A stretch of 64,000 nucleotides of DNA from Armatimonadota bacterium (GTDB lineage: Bacteria > Armatimonadota > UBA5829 > DTLH01). The stretch lies in NCBI GenBank assembly GCA_039680575.1, contig JBDKSP010000089.1, positions 22,367 through 86,366 of the forward strand. The letters run 5' to 3'. Under the pieces are notes generated by a model. The model did no database searches. It was not told the DNA's origin and was given only the letters and a program-made list of their open reading frames with translations. This document shows positions 58,794 to 64,000 of the stretch, in pieces; the stretch's first letter is position 1, and the number at the start of each line of letters is the position of its first letter. A program made the position numbers and the translations under genes.

Positions 58794-60110
58794 CTATCTT
58801 ACCTTTCCGCCGGACGCCTTGCCTGCAGAGATACCGAGTTTCTCTTTAAGAACATTGATCCCTTTGATCAACTGGACATCCTTCTTGAGATCTCCGAACT
58901 CGATCACATCTTCGCCGCTCTTTGGCTCTACGCTCGCGACAAAGACATCAGGCTTCACTCCGACCTTATTGATATCCCTGCCCTTGGAAGTAAGATACTT
59001 GGCTGTAGTGATGGCGATAGCCGATCCATCATTCAACGTCGACACAGTCTGCACGCATGCTTTTCCGAAGGAGTTTGTACCTACGACTGTGCCTGCCTTG
59101 TTGTCCTGTATAGCGCCTGTGACTATTTCTGACGCACTGGCGCTCTGCTTGTCTACAAGCACCACAAGCGGATACCGCTTGTGATTTTGCTTCGATTTTT
59201 CGACGCAAAGCTCTTCCTGTTGGCCGCTCCGATACTTGATAATGACTATAGGGCCGCTCTCGACGAACCTGCTCCCTATATCGACAGCTACGTTCAGCAG
59301 CCCGCCGGGGTTCTGCCTCAGGTCAAAAACAAGCCCTTTTAACTTCTTATGCTCAAGCTGAGTTATAGCCGACTCGAACTGGCTGTCGCTGTGCTCATTG
59401 AAGCCGCGAAGCCGAATATAACCGATGCCATTGGCCGCGTCAAGCATCTTCCACTCGACCATCTGGAACTCGACCATCCTACGGACAATCGTCAACTCGA
59501 CCAGCTTTTTCTTTGGACCTCTTATGAGCGAGAGTTTCACCTTCGTGCCTTCCTCGCCGCGTATCCGGTCCACAACCTGGTCGATATCCAACCCCGCAAT
59601 CGGCTTATTATCTACTTTGAAGATAATATCGCCTGCCTTGACGCCCGCGGCAAGAGCGGGACTGTTGGGTATAGGCTCCTTGATGTATACCTGCTGATCT
59701 TTATTGACCTGAAGCTGCGCGCCGATACCTACGAAGTTACCTTCATTCTCTTCCCTCATCTGCTTGTATGAATCAGGATCGAGAAACCTGGTATACGGGT
59801 CGTCCAGCGCTGAGAGCATTCCGCGAATAGCGCTATAAGTCAACTGCCGGTCGTCGATGGCTTTGCCGTAATAGCTATCTTTGAGCTCACCCAGCACCTT
59901 GTAATAGGTCGTGAGCACCGGAAGCTCCGTATCGTCGTTCGAAGGCCGGTCGACAAGTGTTTTTAGAAGATCCGGCAGCCGGTTTATCCTCGCCTGAAGA
60001 TCATTCGGGTTACCGCGCGAAGCACTTACATCCGGGGCGATAAACCCAACCATAAATGCCGCAATCAGAAGCAGCACTACCGGTAATGTATAATAAATCT
60101 TCTTAGTCAT
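58794..60110 (-). CDS. ctpA: S41A C-terminal processing protease with intact active site
   Basis: DPYTR, GIGA PDZ, DLRQNPGG, SASASE (catalytic Ser), GKACVQ (catalytic Lys). Confidence 0.93.
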   Translation of the reverse strand: MTKKIYYTLPVVLLLIAAFMVGFIAPDVSASRGNPNDLQARINRLPDLLKTLVDRPSNDDTELPVLTTYYKVLGELKDSYYGKAIDDRQLTYSAIRGMLSALDDPYTRFLDPDSYKQMREENEGNFVGIGAQLQVNKDQQVYIKEPIPNSPALAAGVKAGDIIFKVDNKPIAGLDIDQVVDRIRGEEGTKVKLSLIRGPKKKLVELTIVRRMVEFQMVEWKMLDAANGIGYIRLRGFNEHSDSQFESAITQLEHKKLKGLVFDLRQNPGGLLNVAVDIGSRFVESGPIVIIKYRSGQQEELCVEKSKQNHKRYPLVVLVDKQSASASEIVTGAIQDNKAGTVVGTNSFGKACVQTVSTLNDGSAIAITTAKYLTSKGRDINKVGVKPDVFVASVEPKSGEDVIEFGDLKKDVQLIKGINVLKEKLGISAGKASGGKVR

Positions 60111-60116
60111 CCCGGT

Positions 60117-61541
60117 TTACCCTTTAACCTTTCCGGCTGTAAGCACTTCAATACCTTTATCAAGCGTCGGGTCCATGCCGGGTTTCGCACTGCCTGAAAC
60201 CGTCACATCTGCCGCAAGACCTTTGTTTCTAAAATCAACGCCTCTCGGTGTCAGATATTTACCTGTAGTCATACTGACAGCCGAACCATCAGCCAATTTC
60301 AGGAACGTCTGCTGGAAATTACTGCCGAATGTCTTACTTCCTACGAGCTTAGCGCCCGCACCATCGTGGACCGCGGCAGCCAGCACTTCGGAAAGCCCTG
60401 TTGTGCCGGAGTTCACAAGAACAACCGTCTGTCCGGTCCATTGTCCGCCAGCCGGGGCAGCATTTGCACTCAGCGTCCGGCGCTTGCCCTTGAGAAGCTG
60501 CAGGATGGAAAGCGGCTTCTTTGGTATCAGGTTACCGGCAATCGCCTGCGCGCTTTCGAGCGAGCCACCCGGAGAGTCTCTGAGATCTATCACTATTTTC
60601 TTGACGCCCTGCTTTTTGAAGCCGGCAATCGCGTTATTAAACTCGGACTCAGCCGGTTTTATGATAAGATTCAGATCTATGTATCCGACTGAATGGTTTA
60701 TCAGCCGCTCAGTGACAGGATCGACTACCGTCTCGCCCAAAGCCACCTTGATCTTGACCGGACTGGCAACCTTTGGCCTGGCTACCGTGAGAACATACTC
60801 CTTTACACCGTTGCTTGAGAGCATATCGATAACCTTGTGGAATCCTATTCCATCCTTGAGCCTGTCGTTTTCGATCTCAAGCTGTTTTCTGAACTCCTGG
60901 TCGGTCATTTTTCCGTTTTTGATCAGTTTTACGTATTTCTCGACGCGCTGGAAAGGATCATAAGGCAAAACGGCCTTTCCATCGATCCTAGTGATGACAT
61001 CGCCGCTCAGCAGTCCCGCTTTCTCAGCAGGACTGCCCGGAAGCGTACTTGTCACGACCAGTTTCTCTTCGGTTATCTCTCCCTGCTTGTCCTGTCTCAC
61101 CGACATTACCGCTCCGGTCCCGTAGAACTTGCCGGATTGGGCTTCAACAACTATTTTGGTCTGATCGACAGCAAAGAACCTGGTTAGGGGATCGTGAAGG
61201 GAATCGAGCATTGCGTTCAGCGCCCCGTAGGTCATATCGCGCTCGCGGGACTTCTGAATCGGTTCCACATACTCTTCGCGCAGTCTAAAGAGGACTTGAT
61301 AAAACACCTGCAGCGGACGGAGGTCCACATCCGAACGCGGAGTAACATCTGTCGGGGATGTACTCGGCGCGGATGCTGAAAGCGAGCGGGACAAAGCCTC
61401 CTCACGCTGGATTTTAGCGAACGGATCATTCCGGTCTACCTGCGACCGCGCTATGAACCCTGCAGTCATGGCCACTATAACAAGACAAACTATGGCGAAT
61501 CGCTTCATACGCATCTTAGTCACTTTCCTAATGATGGACAT
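60117..61541 (-). CDS. S41A family paralog, predicted catalytically inactive
   Basis: DPLTR, PDZ and DLRDSPGG present, but TTGLSE replaces SASASE and TFGSN replaces xFGKx. Confidence 0.85.
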   Translation of the reverse strand: MSIIRKVTKMRMKRFAIVCLVIVAMTAGFIARSQVDRNDPFAKIQREEALSRSLSASAPSTSPTDVTPRSDVDLRPLQVFYQVLFRLREEYVEPIQKSRERDMTYGALNAMLDSLHDPLTRFFAVDQTKIVVEAQSGKFYGTGAVMSVRQDKQGEITEEKLVVTSTLPGSPAEKAGLLSGDVITRIDGKAVLPYDPFQRVEKYVKLIKNGKMTDQEFRKQLEIENDRLKDGIGFHKVIDMLSSNGVKEYVLTVARPKVASPVKIKVALGETVVDPVTERLINHSVGYIDLNLIIKPAESEFNNAIAGFKKQGVKKIVIDLRDSPGGSLESAQAIAGNLIPKKPLSILQLLKGKRRTLSANAAPAGGQWTGQTVVLVNSGTTGLSEVLAAAVHDGAGAKLVGSKTFGSNFQQTFLKLADGSAVSMTTGKYLTPRGVDFRNKGLAADVTVSGSAKPGMDPTLDKGIEVLTAGKVKG

Positions 61542-61705
61542 GGTTCGGATCCGCCGCAGTTCAACTTATTTATAGACTACCTCGCTGCGGATTTCTGAAC
61601 CCAAATTACTGCAACAAAAAGTCAGCGAAAGCTGTGACAGCCTTCGCACCTTTTAGCATTATACCATAGGGCAAACCACTGTCAACAATTGTGAAAATAT
61701 GAAAA

Positions 61706-61924
61706 CTAATCTTCATCTATACTCAGCAGGTCTTTTGTCCGCTTGAGTATATCGGATTGGCTCTCCTTTTTCTTCTGCAGCTTGCGGACTTCCGCCAGAT
61801 CGATGTAAACCTTGCCGAGCCCTTCGATATCGGTCCGGGAGAAATCAAGGACAAGCCAGCCTTCTTCACTGGTTTTACCCTCATAACTTGTCACAACCTG
61901 CATCTTTTCTCTTGGAAAAAGCAT
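61706..61924 (-). CDS. Small hypothetical protein
   Basis: AGGAGG RBS before ATG 61924; 72 aa. Confidence 0.6.
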   Translation of the reverse strand: MLFPREKMQVVTSYEGKTSEEGWLVLDFSRTDIEGLGKVYIDLAEVRKLQKKKESQSDILKRTKDLLSIDED

Positions 61925-62098
61925 TTCGCGCCTCCTATTCACGGCAATAAGTACATTATCCGTATCCCTCACCATAAAAGCAACCGCAATCTGGCCGTAC
62001 AGGAGAAACAGCCCCGACTCTAATTTGTATATAAGATGGGATTAATCAGCTTTATTCGTTTTACGAATAAAGCAGTCTTAGCAGGATGAAATGCCTCG

Positions 62099-62264
62099 AT
62101 TATAGATTTTCGGCTGATTAATTAACGGCCAATCATATATTGGCTGTTGCCGATAATCTTCCGGAAGAGTTTCAGGTGTAAGTGTAAAATCAACAGATAA
62201 AGCTATATCAGAGAACTGTTTATATAGCTGTAAGGCTGTTACTTTATCTCCTGAAACTCTATAG
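62099..62264 (+). repeat. ~165-bp double-hairpin dispersed element, copy 2
   Basis: Near-identical to 22041-22205; TATAG at both ends. Confidence 0.85.
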
Positions 62265-62307
62265 AAGGTATTATTTCCATGGAAAGGACAAAGGAGGAAA
62301 TATCCGA

Positions 62308-63669
62308 TTGAAAAAGCGTTTATCTGCATCTATCTTGATCCTGGCTCTGGCAACAGGGGTTGCGTGCTCGGCTCCAGCAGTCAAAAAGGCGGCTAAACCG
62401 GCTCCTGCAAAACCACTCCCGGCGGTAATGCAGGCTACCGGGACTTTCGATGGAGGAGAGACATCAGCAAAGGTCTCCATATTCGCCGCGCCGGATGAGT
62501 CCGAACCGGCCTCATTTACAATAAAGTCGACGAAAGCTTTCTCATGCGTGACTGTAAATCTGTCCGGCGACCTGAAAGCGGGGAAAACTTCCATACCGGC
62601 AAGCCGGGTCGTGCTCTCAGCAGTCGAAGAGACGAAACTAGTGCCCATATCGGCTTTCGATCTTCAGCCGGGAGAAGCAAAGCGGTTCTGGATTCGGATC
62701 GATGTGCCCGCCCGCACCGCACCGGGGATCTATAAGGGCTCTTTACTGGCGTCAGCAGGCGGAAAAGTCATCGGCAAGCTGCCGGTCGAGTTGAATGTGC
62801 TCGGAATGCGGCTGCTCAAGACTTCCAAGCGAAATGGTATTATGCTCCCACAGCTCGAAGCGCTCGATGAGACCTGCATAGGGACGCTTCAGGAAATGCG
62901 GGCAGCAGGGTTCGGATGGGCGACGGTAACCACCCCCGTCAACCAACTTGGCGAAACAGTGAGTGCAATGAAACAAGTCGGAACAGCCGGGCTTCCGATA
63001 ATATGCACGTCCCCTGACCTTACTCTGGACACCATACCTGTGGTCTGTGAGCAGGCAAAGTCCGTATCGCTCAGAAATATGCTTCTATCCGTCGCCAATG
63101 GGCCCAAAACACCTGAGGATATTCAAGCCGCGTGCGATATGTCCAAGGCAATTCACAACGTCAAGCAGAAATCTTTCGCGGTAATCGACGATGAGACGGC
63201 GCTCAGCCAACTGAGCGAGTCACTCGATGCCATAAACTATCAGATAGACCTCTCTTACGTCCAGGGGCTGATGACCGGAGCAAAGAGAACCGGCGGCAAA
63301 AATGAATGGGTCTATTGGGATGCCACCGCAAGCCCCAGGGATAATCGCATTTACTCAGGATTCCTGCTCTGGAAGTCAGGGCTTGATGGGATGTATCTGC
63401 CGATGCCATCTTTGGATTCGTTGACCGGCACGGTGCATTGGGAAGCGCTCCGTGAGGGAATTGACGATACACGCTATCTCACAACACTCATGGACCTGGT
63501 ACGTCAGGCCAAGGACCTCAAGAAAGCCGGGGATGTCACCGATGCTGCCGAGGCTTATGTAAATGCGGTGCTTGCAAAACCGCTTATGGAGATGTCGAAC
63601 AAAGACTATCAAAGCTGCAGGCTGAAGCTAGCGCAGTATATAATGAAGCTTCAACCAGTCGTAAAGTAA
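62308..63669 (+). CDS. Secreted protein with GH123-like N-terminal and DUF4091-like C-terminal regions
   Basis: Signal peptide; FWIRIDVP....PG.YKG; WEALREGIDD.RYL. Confidence 0.7.
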   Translation: MKKRLSASILILALATGVACSAPAVKKAAKPAPAKPLPAVMQATGTFDGGETSAKVSIFAAPDESEPASFTIKSTKAFSCVTVNLSGDLKAGKTSIPASRVVLSAVEETKLVPISAFDLQPGEAKRFWIRIDVPARTAPGIYKGSLLASAGGKVIGKLPVELNVLGMRLLKTSKRNGIMLPQLEALDETCIGTLQEMRAAGFGWATVTTPVNQLGETVSAMKQVGTAGLPIICTSPDLTLDTIPVVCEQAKSVSLRNMLLSVANGPKTPEDIQAACDMSKAIHNVKQKSFAVIDDETALSQLSESLDAINYQIDLSYVQGLMTGAKRTGGKNEWVYWDATASPRDNRIYSGFLLWKSGLDGMYLPMPSLDSLTGTVHWEALREGIDDTRYLTTLMDLVRQAKDLKKAGDVTDAAEAYVNAVLAKPLMEMSNKDYQSCRLKLAQYIMKLQPVVK

Positions 63670-63677
63670 TTTGACCC

Positions 63678-63715
63678 AAAAAAGCCGGTCCGTCTTGAGA
63701 CGGACCGGCTTTTTT
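63678..63715. terminator. Bidirectional intrinsic terminator
   Basis: AAAAAAGCCGGTCCGTC-TTGA-GACGGACCGGCTTTTTT between convergent genes. Confidence 0.9.
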
Positions 63716-63727
63716 ATTGTACACAAC

Positions 63728-63817
63728 TGGCGGAGTGAGTGGGATTCGAACCCACGAACGGGAAGCCCGTTACAGCATTTCCAGTGCTGCTCCTTCGACC
63801 AACTCGGACATCACTCC
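63728..63817 (-). tRNA. tRNA-Ser(GGA)
   Basis: GGAGTGA acceptor stem, CAGCA-CTGGAAA-TGCTG anticodon arm, long variable arm, GTTCGAATC, encoded CCA. Confidence 0.97.
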
Positions 63818-64000
63818 AAAGCGAGTGTATTTTAGCATGAATCAAACCGAAGATCAACGATTGTTTTGGTAAGTGCAGGAGCATCGTTTTTAGACAGTGA
63901 GCTTGTATATGATTATCGGGTGTATAGGATTGGTCTGGAAAAATGGCGGGATTGTTAGTATTGATACGCGAAAAAGGATGATTACGGGACTTCTATACAG

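Noticed and set aside
63728..63817. Genomic island integrated at tRNA-Ser
   Set aside because: The 3' end is followed directly by a terminator and a convergent gene; no duplicated tRNA 3' end or integrase was seen.

Overview
Ordinary chromosomal window from a Gram-negative-type bacterium. LptD/LptF, a PEP-CTERM protein and the style of the secreted proteins suggest Armatimonadota (inference only). Housekeeping and envelope genes include gmhA (partial), hddA, lysC, a short purH, rsmG, acpS, nnr, smpB, ftsEX with an M23 peptidase, lptF/lptD, nfi, bioY, two tandem S41 proteases and tRNA-Ser(GGA). No integrase, transposase, CRISPR array or rRNA was seen. Most notable observations: (1) a 9.4-kb FHA/vWA/RDD/PP2C/Ser-Thr kinase operon whose proteins carry arrays of [R/K]TQ[M/I/L] threonine motifs; (2) a ~165-bp double-hairpin element in two near-identical copies plus diverged copies, each upstream of a co-oriented gene; (3) tandem c-di-GMP-I (GEMM) riboswitches followed by a long G-U-rich hairpin; (4) an XRE-ImmA/IrrE pair inside an RsbW/STAS partner-switch locus; (5) a catalytically dead CtpA paralog next to an intact one; (6) a TMTC-type glycosyltransferase divergent from a PEP-CTERM cluster, separated by a structured non-coding region with duplicated sigma-54 promoters. 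All calls come from reading motifs by eye; no database searches were run.
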